Position numbers and translations under genes: made by a program. From assembly GCA_965221165.1 (NCBI GenBank), contig CBDCRP010000002.1:800001-864000 (forward strand): 64,000 nucleotides of DNA, written 5' to 3'. Under the pieces are notes generated by a model. The model did no database searches. It had not been told where the DNA came from and was given only the letters and a program-made list of their open reading frames with translations. The first letter of the stretch is position 1; each line of letters starts with the position of its first letter. Source of the stretch: a bacterium (GTDB taxonomy: Bacteria > UBA8248). Shown here piece by piece: positions 18,234 through 28,843 of this stretch.

Positions 18234-20384
18234 TCAGAACAGGTATTTAACGGTGGCGGAAACGAAGTCGCGGTCGTTCGCCTGGTTGTATCGCCCGGCG
18301 CCGCCGAACATGGTGTAGCTCACGTCGAAATGCCAGCGGTTGAGATAGCTCGCGCCCAGCCCGAGGGTCAGCGCGATGCGATCCTCCACGAACGGCCCGC
18401 CGGGGCCGGGGCTGGTGCCCTTGACGTCATGCTGGAACGACACACGCGGGGAGAGGTTCACCGCGCCGATGGCGTTCAGGTAGGACAGACGCGCCGCCAT
18501 CCGGTAGCCGTAGGAAGTGGCGCTCGCGAATCGATCCGGAGGCTCCGTCGGGAGGCCGGCGTGTCCGCCCGTCGCCGTGGAATGGAAGGGGTCGCCGCTG
18601 GTGTTCGTGCCCGGTCCGTTCAGGCGAAGTTCACTCTTGTCCGGCATGTCGTGCACGTACATGAAAGCCGCTTCCGTGATGAACGCCAGGCTGTTCGCCC
18701 CCAGGGTGGGGCCGAACACCTTGGTGGCCGTTGCCTGTATCTGGCTCACGTCGCGCTCGATGTAGCCTTTGACGTACTCCTCGGGGCCGAGGCCGGAGGG
18801 GGCGACCTGGTTTTTGCAGTAGGCGAAAGGACTCGTCGCCGCGCAAACCGTGCCGCCCGGTCGGTCGACGGTGAGCGGCGTCAGGGCCGCGAAGAGCACT
18901 TCGACGTCGTCTACCTGCAAGGGCGCGTCGATGCGGCGGGAGTATTCGCCTTGCAGCGCCCAGCCCGAGGCTCCGAGCTGCGTGTTGAAGCTCACGCCCA
19001 GGAGCTTGATGTCTTCGGGATATTCGGTGAAGTAGCCCGCCGTCTTCGAGTAGCGATCGATGGCGAGGAGACCGGCTATCCGGGCGACCCGGCCGGCGAC
19101 CGTCCGCTGGATGGTCTCGAGCGGCGTCCCCACCGGAGCGGACGCGGTGACCGCCTGTGTAATCGCACTTATGGTGGAAGAGTCGTCACTCGGGTCTGTA
19201 GGAGTGTCGGAACCAGCAGTGACCGCCCCCGCCGCGAAGAGGCCGTCCGAGACCCCCTGCGCCGTGCCGGTGCGCCCGCTCAGGATGGGCAGGCGGCTGT
19301 GGTAGTTCACGAAGTAGAAACCGAATTCGGTGTTGTTGAGACCCTCGGCGAGGTAGCGAAGCGCGATTCCCCATTGGCCCGAGTCTTCCGGTTCCCTGTC
19401 CTTTCTGCGGTATATGCTCAGGAAATCGCGGTCGAAGGGGCCCTGTTCCCGCTGGGGCACCTGGAAAGCCTGAAGATCTGCATTGATCAACTGGGTGAAG
19501 CCGGACCCCAGCCCCTCGAAGCTAAAGCCCGTGTCGGGGATCCCGCCCCAGCCGAACACGACCTTCCTCGCGCCCGCGCCGGCGAAGTCGCCCGTCGAGA
19601 AGTAGCTGCCCGGCGGGTCGATCTCGGTCTTCTCCCACTTCACCTGGTAGAAACCCTCCAGGGAGAGATTGTCGTTCAGCGAAGCCGAGGCGGAGATCAT
19701 CGGAACCGGCACCAGCCCGTCGCGCAGTTCCGCCCCCGGCGTTCTGAGCTTGTTCACGTCGAAGGGGTTGATGACGTTGATGCTGTTCTGGATGAACGTG
19801 CTCTCGCCCCAGCTGATCACGTGATTGCCGAGCCGAAGGTTCATCGCCACGCCGCCCAGGTCGAGCGCGCCGGTGAGGTAGAGATCGAGGACTTCCAGGT
19901 CTTTTCCCACCAGGTCCTTCGCGTCTTCCGATAAGGCGCTGCGCTCCCTGTCGCCTCTTTCGTTCTCGAAGTCGAAGAAGCCGTGCACACGGACGAAGGC
20001 GCCGAAGTTGCGGTAGTTCAAGTCGAGCTCGCCGGTGAACTTCGACGTATTGCTCACGATGCCGCGATTGTAGTTGAGGTTGCCGTCATCGGCGTTGACC
20101 GAGTTCGCGGAGCCGCCGTTTTGCTTGCCGATCAGGCGCTCGTCGCGATCGCCGGTGCGGATGGTGACGCCGTGGGAAAGCGTGATGTCCAGACTGCCCT
20201 CGAGTTCGCCGTGCGTGAAATCTTCCGCTCCCGCAGGCGGCGCGCACAAGGCGAAACCCAGGGCGAGCACGCAGGCGAGAATACAAAGCGGGCGAGGGAT
20301 AGATTCGAAGACGGGTACTAAGAAGAGGCGGTCCGTTGGTCGCCCGACACGAGGTCGATGGGCGATGGAATAGGCTGGATGCAT
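18234..20384 (-). CDS. DUF1302 domain outer-membrane protein
   Basis: NADDGNLNY, LRLGNHVISWGESTF, PGAELRD, PPGSYFST, EYPEDIKLLGVSF, C-terminal DRDFVSATVKYLF. Start codon uncertain. Confidence 0.88.
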   Translation of the reverse strand: MHPAYSIAHRPRVGRPTDRLFLVPVFESIPRPLCILACVLALGFALCAPPAGAEDFTHGELEGSLDITLSHGVTIRTGDRDERLIGKQNGGSANSVNADDGNLNYNRGIVSNTSKFTGELDLNYRNFGAFVRVHGFFDFENERGDRERSALSEDAKDLVGKDLEVLDLYLTGALDLGGVAMNLRLGNHVISWGESTFIQNSINVINPFDVNKLRTPGAELRDGLVPVPMISASASLNDNLSLEGFYQVKWEKTEIDPPGSYFSTGDFAGAGARKVVFGWGGIPDTGFSFEGLGSGFTQLINADLQAFQVPQREQGPFDRDFLSIYRRKDREPEDSGQWGIALRYLAEGLNNTEFGFYFVNYHSRLPILSGRTGTAQGVSDGLFAAGAVTAGSDTPTDPSDDSSTISAITQAVTASAPVGTPLETIQRTVAGRVARIAGLLAIDRYSKTAGYFTEYPEDIKLLGVSFNTQLGASGWALQGEYSRRIDAPLQVDDVEVLFAALTPLTVDRPGGTVCAATSPFAYCKNQVAPSGLGPEEYVKGYIERDVSQIQATATKVFGPTLGANSLAFITEAAFMYVHDMPDKSELRLNGPGTNTSGDPFHSTATGGHAGLPTEPPDRFASATSYGYRMAARLSYLNAIGAVNLSPRVSFQHDVKGTSPGPGGPFVEDRIALTLGLGASYLNRWHFDVSYTMFGGAGRYNQANDRDFVSATVKYLF

Positions 20385-20608
20385 GCCGGTGGGTCCCCCT
20401 ATTTCGACAGGATGATTTTGCGGATGCTCAATTTCGCAAGATATATTCAACATCTAGCGTTCGTCAAGAAAAAAGTGGACGGGGCAGGACAGAAAACGGC
20501 GTCTCGCGAGAGCGAGACGAACGCAGAAGCATCTCCCCTCTCGCGCCGCACCCAAGGCAGGTGCGAGAGGTTCAGGACTTCCATAAGGACGCTCTCGGGA
20601 GAGCGGTT

Positions 20609-21682
20609 TTATCGGACGCGCGTTCCGTCGGGTTCGAAGAGATAGACGCGCGCGGGGTCGAACGTGACGTTGAGCCGCTCACCCGCCTTGAAGCGATCGC
20701 TCGCCTCGACGATGGCGATGGTCGGACGCTCCGCGCCGTGCTCGAAGTATAGCAGCGTGTCCTTGCCGAGCGGCTCGACGAGTTGGACGTCGCACGAGAA
20801 GGCGGCGGACTGGCTCCCCACCACCATGTGCTCGGGCCGCACGCCCAGGGTGTAGTCCCCCGAGGATACGCCCGCGTAGGCCTCGGGGAGCGTGTAATCG
20901 ATGCCGAAACCGGCGAAGGCGGGAGCGCCGTTCGAGTTATCCACCTTCCCCGGGATGAGGTTCATGGACGGGCTGCCGAAGAAATCGGCCACGAAGTAGC
21001 TGACCGGGTCGTTGTAGATGTCAAGCGGCGTGCCCACCTGCTCGATGACGCCGTCGCGCATCACCACGATGCGGTCGGCCAGGGTCATGGCCTCTTCCTG
21101 ATCGTGGGTGACGTAGACGAAGGTTTTCTTGAGTTCCTCGTGGAGCCTGTCGATCTCGGCGCGCATCTCGCGGCGGAGTTTGGCGTCGAGGCTCGAGAGC
21201 GGCTCGTCCAGCAGGAAGGCGGCGGGGTCGGTGATGAGGGTGCGGGCCAGCGCCGCGCGCTGCGCCTCGCCGCCCGAGCATTGGCCGGGCAGCTTGTTGA
21301 GCAGGTGGCCGATCCGGACGAGGTCGGCCACTTCGCGCACGCGCTTCTTGCGCGTTTCCACGGGCACCTTCTTCATGCGCGGGCCGAACTCGATGTTCTC
21401 GGCCACCGTCTTGTGCGGGAACAGCGCGTGCGTCTGGAAGACCATGCCGACTCCCCTGTCGCCGGGGTCGATGTCGTTCACGACCCTGCCGTCGATGACG
21501 ATCTCGCCCGCGGTGGGTTCCTCGAAACCCGCGACCATGCGCAGCGTGGTCGTCTTGCCGCAGCCCGAGGGGCCGACGATGACGACGAACTCGCCTTCCT
21601 CGATGGTGAAGTCGAGGTTCTTCACGGCCTCGATGTTCCTGCCGAATACCTTGCGTAAGCTCTTGAGTTCGATTCTCGCCAT
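20609..21682 (-). CDS. CUT1 ABC transporter ATP-binding protein (MalK/UgpC family)
   Basis: GPSGCGKT, signature CSGGE, LLDEPLSSLDAKLR, YVTHDQEEAMT, TOBE-type C-terminus. Confidence 0.95.
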   Translation of the reverse strand: MARIELKSLRKVFGRNIEAVKNLDFTIEEGEFVVIVGPSGCGKTTTLRMVAGFEEPTAGEIVIDGRVVNDIDPGDRGVGMVFQTHALFPHKTVAENIEFGPRMKKVPVETRKKRVREVADLVRIGHLLNKLPGQCSGGEAQRAALARTLITDPAAFLLDEPLSSLDAKLRREMRAEIDRLHEELKKTFVYVTHDQEEAMTLADRIVVMRDGVIEQVGTPLDIYNDPVSYFVADFFGSPSMNLIPGKVDNSNGAPAFAGFGIDYTLPEAYAGVSSGDYTLGVRPEHMVVGSQSAAFSCDVQLVEPLGKDTLLYFEHGAERPTIAIVEASDRFKAGERLNVTFDPARVYLFEPDGTRVR

Positions 21683-21689
21683 TGTCTTC

Positions 21690-22592
21690 TTACCTCTTCA
21701 CCATTCCGAAAGTGAAACCTCGCACCAGGTGTTTTCGAATGAAAATGCCGATGATCATGAGCGGCAGGGTGATCCCCACCGCCAGAGCGGCCTGATGGCC
21801 GTAGACGCGGCCCTCGTCGGAGCCTTCGTATTTCGCCAACTGGACGGGCAGCGTCACCACGTCCACCTTGGAGAGCATGAGAGAGAGCAGATATTCGCTC
21901 CACGTCAGGATGAGGATGAACAGGAACGTCGCCACTAACCCTGAGCGAATGAGCGGGAATATCACCTCTCGGATCGCCTGCCATTTGCTCGCGCCCAGAA
22001 TCTCCGCGGCCTGTTCGATCTCGACGGGAACCTCGTCCACGAAGCTCTTCGTCATCCAGACGGAATAGGGCAGCGTGGTGATGAAATAGACGATCACCAG
22101 CCCCGTCGCGGTGTCCATCAGATGGATCGCCGAGTAGTAGAGCGTGAGCGGCGCCGCCACCACGATGGGCGGAATCATCCTGAGCACAAGGAGCTGGAAC
22201 ATTCTTATCTCGGAGAGTATGCGGTAGCGCGAGACCCCGTAGGCCAGGATCGCGCCGAAGGCGACCGAAAGCGCGGTGGCGGTAATCGCGATATAGAGGC
22301 TGTTCCAGAGCGCCTGCCATGGCTTGTTCGCCGAAGCCGACTCGTAGCGGGCGGTCTGCGTTTTCACATCCGCAGCCGAGCGGGGACTCTCGGGCTTGCC
22401 CCACACCGCCTGGTAGTTGGCCCAGGAGGCCTCCTGCGACCAGTAGACCGGCGGCCAGGCGTGCCACTCCCAGTCGGGCTTGAACGAGGTGGAGACGATC
22501 CAGAAAATCGGGAACGCCACGATCACCGACCATATAAAAAGCATGGCGTAGCGGAATATGGTGAACAGGCGTCCCTTCATGACTCGGTTCAT
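21690..22592 (-). CDS. Carbohydrate ABC permease (MalG-like)
   Basis: VSTSFKP, EIEQAAEILGAS, WSEYL, LVRGFTFGMVK. Confidence 0.92.
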   Translation of the reverse strand: MNRVMKGRLFTIFRYAMLFIWSVIVAFPIFWIVSTSFKPDWEWHAWPPVYWSQEASWANYQAVWGKPESPRSAADVKTQTARYESASANKPWQALWNSLYIAITATALSVAFGAILAYGVSRYRILSEIRMFQLLVLRMIPPIVVAAPLTLYYSAIHLMDTATGLVIVYFITTLPYSVWMTKSFVDEVPVEIEQAAEILGASKWQAIREVIFPLIRSGLVATFLFILILTWSEYLLSLMLSKVDVVTLPVQLAKYEGSDEGRVYGHQAALAVGITLPLMIIGIFIRKHLVRGFTFGMVKR

Positions 22593-22594
22593 GC

Positions 22595-23557
22595 CTAGGC
22601 CTCCGTGCGCGGCGCTTCATACAGGGTGTCGAGCGCCTGTTTCTCGCGGCGCAGCACGTAGATCGCCGTGAGAACGATGAATATCATGATGACCATGACG
22701 ACGTAGGACATCGCCGCGCCCTTCGAAATGTCGAACGACACCCAGGTCGTGAAATAGAGATAGATGGGTATGGTTTCGGTAGCGGTGCCCGGCCCTCCCT
22801 GGATGAGACCCCACGTCTTGGGGAATTCCGCCATGGCTTCCAGGAAGCGGAGGATGAGCGCCAGGAATATGACGGGCCGCAGGAGCGGAAGCTGTATCTC
22901 GCGGAAAATCTGGAAGCGGTTCGCCCCCAGGATGCGCGCGGCCTCCACGGGTTCGGCCGGCAGCGAGGAGAGGCCCGCCAGCATGATGATGAAGACGAAA
23001 GGAGTCCAGTTCCATATTTCAAGGAGTATGATGGTGAAGATGGCGAAATTGGGATTCGCCAGCCAGGTGAACTTCGAGAGGTCGCCCGGCAGGAAATAGC
23101 TCAAGAACCCGTTGATGGGTCCTTTTTCGTACAAAAGCATGTCGGCGGTGTAGGCGATGACCACGGGCACCGTCAGCATGGGGAGGATGAAGAGAATATA
23201 GAATAACGCCTGCCCCCTGAAGGGCTTGTACATCAACAGCGCCAGACTGAAGCCGCATATGAAACAGCCCAGCGTCGAGAGGCCCGCGAACATGAGCGAG
23301 CGCCCCATGGCACGCCAGAAACGCCCTTCGGTCAACACCTCCTGGAACAACTCCAGCCCCACGAACTCCGCGTCGAACCAGGTGGAGAGATAAACGGTCC
23401 AGGAGTGAAGCGAAAAATATATCTGCAGAAGAAACACGGGCATCAGGAACGCGAACAGAAGAATCAGCGGGGAGAGCGCGCTCCATTTGAACACCCGGAC
23501 GCCGCGGGCGCGGGTGGAGCGCCTGCCTTTGGGCTGCGCATCTATGGCCGTCGCCAT
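22595..23557 (-). CDS. Carbohydrate ABC permease (MalF-like)
   Basis: WNWTPFVFIIMLAGLSSLP, EAARILGA, GGPGTATET; RBS AGGAG before ATG 23557. Confidence 0.92.
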   Translation of the reverse strand: MATAIDAQPKGRRSTRARGVRVFKWSALSPLILLFAFLMPVFLLQIYFSLHSWTVYLSTWFDAEFVGLELFQEVLTEGRFWRAMGRSLMFAGLSTLGCFICGFSLALLMYKPFRGQALFYILFILPMLTVPVVIAYTADMLLYEKGPINGFLSYFLPGDLSKFTWLANPNFAIFTIILLEIWNWTPFVFIIMLAGLSSLPAEPVEAARILGANRFQIFREIQLPLLRPVIFLALILRFLEAMAEFPKTWGLIQGGPGTATETIPIYLYFTTWVSFDISKGAAMSYVVMVIMIFIVLTAIYVLRREKQALDTLYEAPRTEA

Positions 23558-23674
23558 TCGTGAGGCTCCTACTGTCGAGTAGATCGGGGCATGAACCAGG
23601 ATCCATCCGGAAGCGAATATCGTGTCAGCGACTGGGGCCGGCAAGTGTCCGCCGGCCCCGGCCATCGAAACATG

Positions 23675-23716
23675 AAACCCTCTCCCCGGAGCACGCGCCC
23701 CGGGGAGAGGAGTTTT
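23675..23716 (-). other. Intra-operon stem-loop after the SBP gene
   Basis: CCTCTCCCCGG...CCGGGGAGAGG hairpin between SBP and permease, where mRNA stabilisers or partial terminators are common. Confidence 0.65.
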
Positions 23717-23720
23717 CGTC

Positions 23721-25172
23721 CTACATGGGCTTGTCCATCTTCGGCATCATGGCCTTGTAGAAGGGAATCTCCCTCTTGAGCTTGCGCTTGCCGATCTTAC
23801 GAACGATCTTGGTCCACTCTTTCTGGATGTCGCCCATGACCTTCTTGGCGCCCTTCTTGCGGCCCGCGTAGGCCTCGGAAAGGTTGCGGTCGACGACTTC
23901 CTTGAACTCCTGGTAGCCGGTCACATACGGCGGCGGCGCGGTGACGAGGAGGTTATCCTCCACAGCCTTGATTCCCGGCTTTGTGTAAACCTTCGTCACC
24001 TGCGGGTCGGTCATGTGCTTGGGATGCCAGGGGTCGTGGAAGGTGAAAATCGGATGACCGACCACCTCGGCGCTGTTCTTGTAGGTGCTCATGTACATGG
24101 CCCACGCGACGGCCTGCTTCTTGCGCGGGCTGTGCCGGTTGATCACCATGCCCATCACCGGAGCGGAGAACGCGCGGTGGATGAGCTTGCCGGAGAACTT
24201 CGAGCCCGGCACCAGGCCGTAATGCCACATGCCCCTCGTTTTCGTGCCCGCGGTCGGGCTTTCGATGGCCGCGATAATCCCGTCCCAGTACTGGCAGGAG
24301 AAAATCTTGCCGTTGCGGACCCGGGGGATCATCTGCGGCGAACCCCAGGCGCCCGCCTCGGGGTGTGAGACCTGCTTGCGCGCCAGCCAGGTGTCGAAGG
24401 CGTATTCGGCGGCGGGCGTGTTCAGCGTGGGGTTGGCGTCATCGTCGAACGGGAAGCCGCCCGCGCTGTAAAGATACATCCAGTACCAGAAGCTGCTGTT
24501 CGCCTTGTCGCGCAGGCCGCCGAAGCCGTAGAGTTCCTTGTCGGGCCTGTGGAAGAACTTCATCATCTCGAGTTCGTCTTCCCAGGTGACCGGCCACTTG
24601 AGTTCCTTGCCGTGCTTGTCGGCGAAGGCCTTGCGCTCATCCGGATTGTCGAAGTAATCCTTGCGGATGAACTGCGGGCAGACGTTGCCGTCCGTGGGCA
24701 TGGCGTAGGTCTTGCCCTGATACTTCATGAAGCTCTCGAAGTTGCCCACCATCTGGAGGTCGAAGCCCGCGTCTTTCATGTAGCTGTCGAGGGGCTCGAT
24801 CATTCCCGCGGCCGCGAGGGAGGGAATCATCATGGATTCCACGTGAAAGATGTCGAACTTGCCCGAGCGCGTGATGGCCTCGGCCATGGCCCGCTGGGGA
24901 ATCTGCAGGTTGGGAACGTCGCTGATCTTGTCCATGGAGATGCCGGTGGCTTTGTTGAACTCGCGATTCAGGTCGGGGTAGTTGCGCCAGTACAGGCCCC
25001 ACATCATTCCGTTCAGCTTGGCGCCGCCCAGCTTCTTGGCCGCTTTGATGACGGCGTCCTCCTCGGGCCCGGCATAGGCTTTCCCTGCGCTCCTGAGAAC
25101 GGCGGGTCCCGCCACCGCTGTGGCCACACCGGCCTTCAGGAGGCTTCTTCGGTTCATCCTCTTCTCGCTCAT
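23721..25172 (-). CDS. Extracellular solute-binding protein family 1 with Tat signal
   Basis: NRRSLLK twin-arginine motif, GKTYAMPTDG, WPVTWED; first gene of the CUT1 operon. Confidence 0.9.
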   Translation of the reverse strand: MSEKRMNRRSLLKAGVATAVAGPAVLRSAGKAYAGPEEDAVIKAAKKLGGAKLNGMMWGLYWRNYPDLNREFNKATGISMDKISDVPNLQIPQRAMAEAITRSGKFDIFHVESMMIPSLAAAGMIEPLDSYMKDAGFDLQMVGNFESFMKYQGKTYAMPTDGNVCPQFIRKDYFDNPDERKAFADKHGKELKWPVTWEDELEMMKFFHRPDKELYGFGGLRDKANSSFWYWMYLYSAGGFPFDDDANPTLNTPAAEYAFDTWLARKQVSHPEAGAWGSPQMIPRVRNGKIFSCQYWDGIIAAIESPTAGTKTRGMWHYGLVPGSKFSGKLIHRAFSAPVMGMVINRHSPRKKQAVAWAMYMSTYKNSAEVVGHPIFTFHDPWHPKHMTDPQVTKVYTKPGIKAVEDNLLVTAPPPYVTGYQEFKEVVDRNLSEAYAGRKKGAKKVMGDIQKEWTKIVRKIGKRKLKREIPFYKAMMPKMDKPM

Positions 25173-25431
25173 CTGGGTGTTCCTCCTTCATTCTGGGTGT
25201 CGACTGACGAGCAAGGTAAAATCCGCGTCGTGCGTCCATCTCGCGATGGAACGCCAGCCGGCGGATGGATATAACCCGCTCCTCAGCCCTTATATGCAAC
25301 TCATAATGCCTAGGTAACAGCGCATTCTATTAAAGCGGCGATTTTTGTCAACAGGTGAAACGAAGCTATCTTCCGATATTTACGGGCCACCAATGGCAGG
25401 GCGTTCAAAAGGCGAGGGCGCCGGGGAAAAG

Positions 25432-25482
25432 ACAAAAATAACCGCCCTCCCCGGCGCGCGCCGGCGCACAGGAGAGGGCGGT
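25432..25482 (-). terminator. Probable terminator downstream of the USP gene
   Basis: ACCGCCCTC...GAGGGCGGT stem, followed on the minus strand by TATTTTTG. Confidence 0.6.
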
Positions 25483-25500
25483 GCAATCAACCCTTTGGTT

Positions 25501-26016
25501 CTAGCTTTCGCTCGCTTCCGCCGCTTCGAGTTCCGCCATCTTCTGCAAGGCCACCTTGTCCCTCAGCAGAAACACCGGACAGGGCGCGCGCCTGAGGACC
25601 TGCTCGGAGACGCTCCCGATCAGGAAGCGGCTCACCATGTTGTGGCCGTGCGTGCCCATGACGAGAAGGTCGAAATCCCCCGTCTCGGCGAATTGCACGA
25701 TCTCCTTCATCGGTTCGCCGAAAACGACCAGGGTCCCAATGGGTACGCTCGATTCGACTTGTTTCACCATGACGTCCAGGTTGCTCTGTAATTCGACGCG
25801 CGTATCCTCGAGCAGACGGCTCGGAGAGATGGTGCCTACGAGTTCCGCGCCGTAGCCGCCGTATTTGGCCCCGTAGTCGGGGTTTCTGGCGACGTGAATG
25901 GCCATGACTTCCGCGTTACGATTCTCCCCGATCTCCGCCGCGACTTTCAGGACGCCCCTGCTGAGTTCGGAGAAATCTACGGCAGCCAGCACTTTCTTGG
26001 GATCGTATATTCGCAT
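25501..26016 (-). CDS. Universal stress protein
   Basis: KVLAAVDFSELS, DLLVMGTHG, LIGSVSEQVLRRAPCPV. Confidence 0.93.
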   Translation of the reverse strand: MRIYDPKKVLAAVDFSELSRGVLKVAAEIGENRNAEVMAIHVARNPDYGAKYGGYGAELVGTISPSRLLEDTRVELQSNLDVMVKQVESSVPIGTLVVFGEPMKEIVQFAETGDFDLLVMGTHGHNMVSRFLIGSVSEQVLRRAPCPVFLLRDKVALQKMAELEAAEASES

Positions 26017-26319
26017 GGCGTTTCCCTCCGAATGAAGAAATGTACGATGTCCGTCTGCACACCTAACAAAAAACGGAGCCTCCGGAGGCCCCGCTTTCAA
26101 GGATCGTTCCCGATTTTTCTGCTTGCGCGTCAAGCACCGAGCGGGTGGCCGCCCAAATACCTTGCGCCGGCTATTTTTTGTCATCCCCCAAGAGGCCAGC
26201 GCTCTGCTTCAGGGGACTAGACTCCATCACGCCATCAACCCCTCTTGTCCGTTCTGTTTCAAATATAGGCTCTCGCGCGCCATCTTTCAAGAAAATTCCG
26301 CGCAAGCAGCTCGCCCGCC

Positions 26320-27303
26320 TCAACCGATTTCCACCACCACGTTTCCGACGTTCGCGAAATTCTCCATCATCTCGTGAGCGGCGGCGGTATCCTCCAGGGA
26401 AAACCGCGCGCCGATGTGGTGGGTGAGCGCGCCCGCCTCGCACGCGGCGTTGATGTCGCTGCAGGCCTGGGAGAAGGCGGAATCCGGCATGGTGTAGAGG
26501 AACACCATGCGGATGGCCGTGTTCTCGGGCATCATCAGATACCAGGGCAGCACCGGCTCGGGCACGCGCGTGGAGCCGTAGGCCGCGACGGTTCCGTTTC
26601 CCTTGAGCACCTTGCGGGTGACTTCCAGGTTCTCGCCGAAATCCACCTCGCAGATTCTGTCCACGCCCGCGCCACCGGTTATCTCCATGATGCGCTCAGC
26701 TATATCTTCTTCCCTGTAGTTTACGACGTGGTCCGCACCCGCATCGCGCGCGATCTCCGCTTTCTCTTCATTACTGACCGTGGCGATGACGGTCGCGCCT
26801 CCCCATTTGCCGAGTTGAACCCCGTAGCGCCCCACCGCGCCCGCTCCGCCGGTGACGAGCGCGGTCTGCCCCGTAATCGGCCCGTCGATAAAAAGCGCCC
26901 TGTGGGCGGTCATCGCCGGAATCGCCAGGCACGCGCCCTGTGCGAAATCCACCGAATCCACCAGCGGAACCGCCTGACGCTCGGGCAGGGCGATGAACTC
27001 GGCCGCCGTGCCGTAAGGCCTCTCCCACTGGCCGTTGAACAACCAGACGTGCTCGCCCACGCGGGCTGGGTCCACCCCCTCGCCCACGCTTTCTATGACG
27101 CCCGCGCCGTCTGAGTGGGGGATGATTCTCGGCCAGCGCATCTCGCCCCGGGAACCCAGCCGCGCCTTGTAGTCCGAGGGATTCGCGCCCGAGGCGCGAA
27201 GCCTCACCCGCACCTCGCCGGCTCCTGGTTCGGGGGTTTCGATTTCTCCGAATTTCAGCACCTCTTTCGCAGGGCCATACGCTTCATACCAGACGGCTCG
27301 CAT
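26320..27303 (-). CDS. NADPH:quinone reductase (zeta-crystallin/Qor-like MDR)
   Basis: ASGANPSDYK, PHSDGAG, IPAMTA, VTGGAGAVG; no Zn-ligand cysteines. Confidence 0.92.
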   Translation of the reverse strand: MRAVWYEAYGPAKEVLKFGEIETPEPGAGEVRVRLRASGANPSDYKARLGSRGEMRWPRIIPHSDGAGVIESVGEGVDPARVGEHVWLFNGQWERPYGTAAEFIALPERQAVPLVDSVDFAQGACLAIPAMTAHRALFIDGPITGQTALVTGGAGAVGRYGVQLGKWGGATVIATVSNEEKAEIARDAGADHVVNYREEDIAERIMEITGGAGVDRICEVDFGENLEVTRKVLKGNGTVAAYGSTRVPEPVLPWYLMMPENTAIRMVFLYTMPDSAFSQACSDINAACEAGALTHHIGARFSLEDTAAAHEMMENFANVGNVVVEIG

Positions 27304-27367
27304 GATCTCTCCTTAATATGGTCCTATCCATCGGGAATGAATTTTCATCTTACGCTTTCATTTTTCC

Positions 27368-27457
27368 GTAGGTCGGACATATATGTCCGCCACCCGTACA
27401 TGCGTCCCGGGTTCAGGGTCCGGCCAACGGGCAGGGACGCATATATGCGCCCCCTAC
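27368..27457. repeat. GTAG-type REP doublet
   Basis: GTAGGTCGGACATATATGTCCGCC ... AGGGACGCATATATGCGCCCCCTAC, an inverted pair of hairpins. Confidence 0.75.
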
Positions 27458-27577
27458 GAAGCCCCTCGCGCATTTCTCCGTGGCGGCGCAGTGTTTTCAT
27501 TTCGCGTGAACCGAACCCTGCCGCTGAACCGGAACGCTCCCATCGTCTCTAAAAACGCCGCCATCATGCAAGAAATC

Positions 27578-28696
27578 TCAAGCTGCGGCCCGTTCGCGCT
27601 CTATCAGTTCCTTGACGCGGGGGATGAGGTCGCGCGCGGCGCGGTGGCATTCCTCCACGTGGGGGTAGCCCGAGAGGATGAATTCATCGATGCCCAACCG
27701 CCAGTAACCCAGAAGCTCTTCCGCAATTTGCCCGGGCGTTCCCACGAGAGCGGAGCCGCAGTTCACTCGCACCTGGGAGATGCCGTTCCAAAGATGAGGC
27801 CCGACCTTGAACGCATCGAACGCGCGCGCCTGGGCGGCGGCGCCCACCATGCTCGTGCCGGCCACCAGCGCGCCGCGCTGCGCCTTCACGGAATCCTCCG
27901 CCCTGCTCAAAAGCTCGTGCGTCTCCTCCCAGGCTTCCGCCTCGGTGTCGCGCATCACCAGGTGGGAGCGCACGCCGAAAACGGGCGTTCGCCCCGCCTC
28001 GGCGAACGAGGCACGCGCGCGCTCCAGATGCTTTCGCGTCTCATCGATCGGCCCTATCCAGCCGAGATAGACGTCCGACTGCGTCCCTGCGAGTTTCAGG
28101 GCGGCTGGGGATGCGCCACCCAGGTAAAACTTGGGCGTATCTCCCGCCGGGCCGGGCGAGCAGTGCACGTCGTTTAACGTGACGAATTTTCCTTCAAAAC
28201 TCACCGGCTCAGGCCGCTCCCAGAGCTTGCGGATAGCGGCAATAAACTCCTCCGCCCGCTCGTAGCGCGTGTCGTGGTCGATTCTCTCGCCCATTTTTTC
28301 GAACTCGCCCTTGATGCCGCCGGGCACGACGTTCAAATCCACGCGCCCGCCCGTAATCTGGCTGAGCGTGGCCGCCATCTGCGCGAAAAGGCCGGGGTTC
28401 ACGAAGCCGGGGCGAACGGCGATGAGGAAGCGGATTTTTCGGCTTCGCGCCGCCAGGGCCGTCACCATCGTCCAGGTCTCCGCCAGCGGCGCTCCCTGGT
28501 CGAAAAGCCCGTTGGCGAAGCGCGTGGGAATGAGCATGGAGTAGAAATCGTTATCCTCCGCCGCCTCGACCACCCGGCTCAGGTATTCATACGTGGGCGG
28601 ACGCTCGGCCCGCAGCGTGCCGATGTGCGCGCCGTCGCCGTCGATCGGGATGAACCAGTCGAAACGGGGCGCGGGGCGTTCGTGATTTGGCGTCAT
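27578..28696 (-). CDS. LLM-class flavin-dependent monooxygenase (SsuD/MsuD-like)
   Basis: WFIPIDGD, LIPT, FLIAVRPG, YLGGASPAA, ALVGTP, FILSGYPHVEE. Confidence 0.9.
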   Translation of the reverse strand: MTPNHERPAPRFDWFIPIDGDGAHIGTLRAERPPTYEYLSRVVEAAEDNDFYSMLIPTRFANGLFDQGAPLAETWTMVTALAARSRKIRFLIAVRPGFVNPGLFAQMAATLSQITGGRVDLNVVPGGIKGEFEKMGERIDHDTRYERAEEFIAAIRKLWERPEPVSFEGKFVTLNDVHCSPGPAGDTPKFYLGGASPAALKLAGTQSDVYLGWIGPIDETRKHLERARASFAEAGRTPVFGVRSHLVMRDTEAEAWEETHELLSRAEDSVKAQRGALVAGTSMVGAAAQARAFDAFKVGPHLWNGISQVRVNCGSALVGTPGQIAEELLGYWRLGIDEFILSGYPHVEECHRAARDLIPRVKELIERERAAA

Positions 28697-28843
28697 GCGG
28701 AAACTCCCATGCGGTTTCAGTATCAAATTTCGGCGATTCTAGTACAGATGCCAGGAAGTGTGAAAGGTGGGGAACATCCGCGCAACCAACCCACTTCGTC
28801 GTCCTGTGACACTTTGACACGGGAACCAGGGTTTCATGATCTC

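Noticed and set aside
16975-19934. Long plus-strand ORFs (447 and 534 aa) and similar long antisense or alternate-frame ORFs elsewhere
   Set aside because: They are shadows of GC-rich real genes on the opposite strand and show no recognisable motifs.
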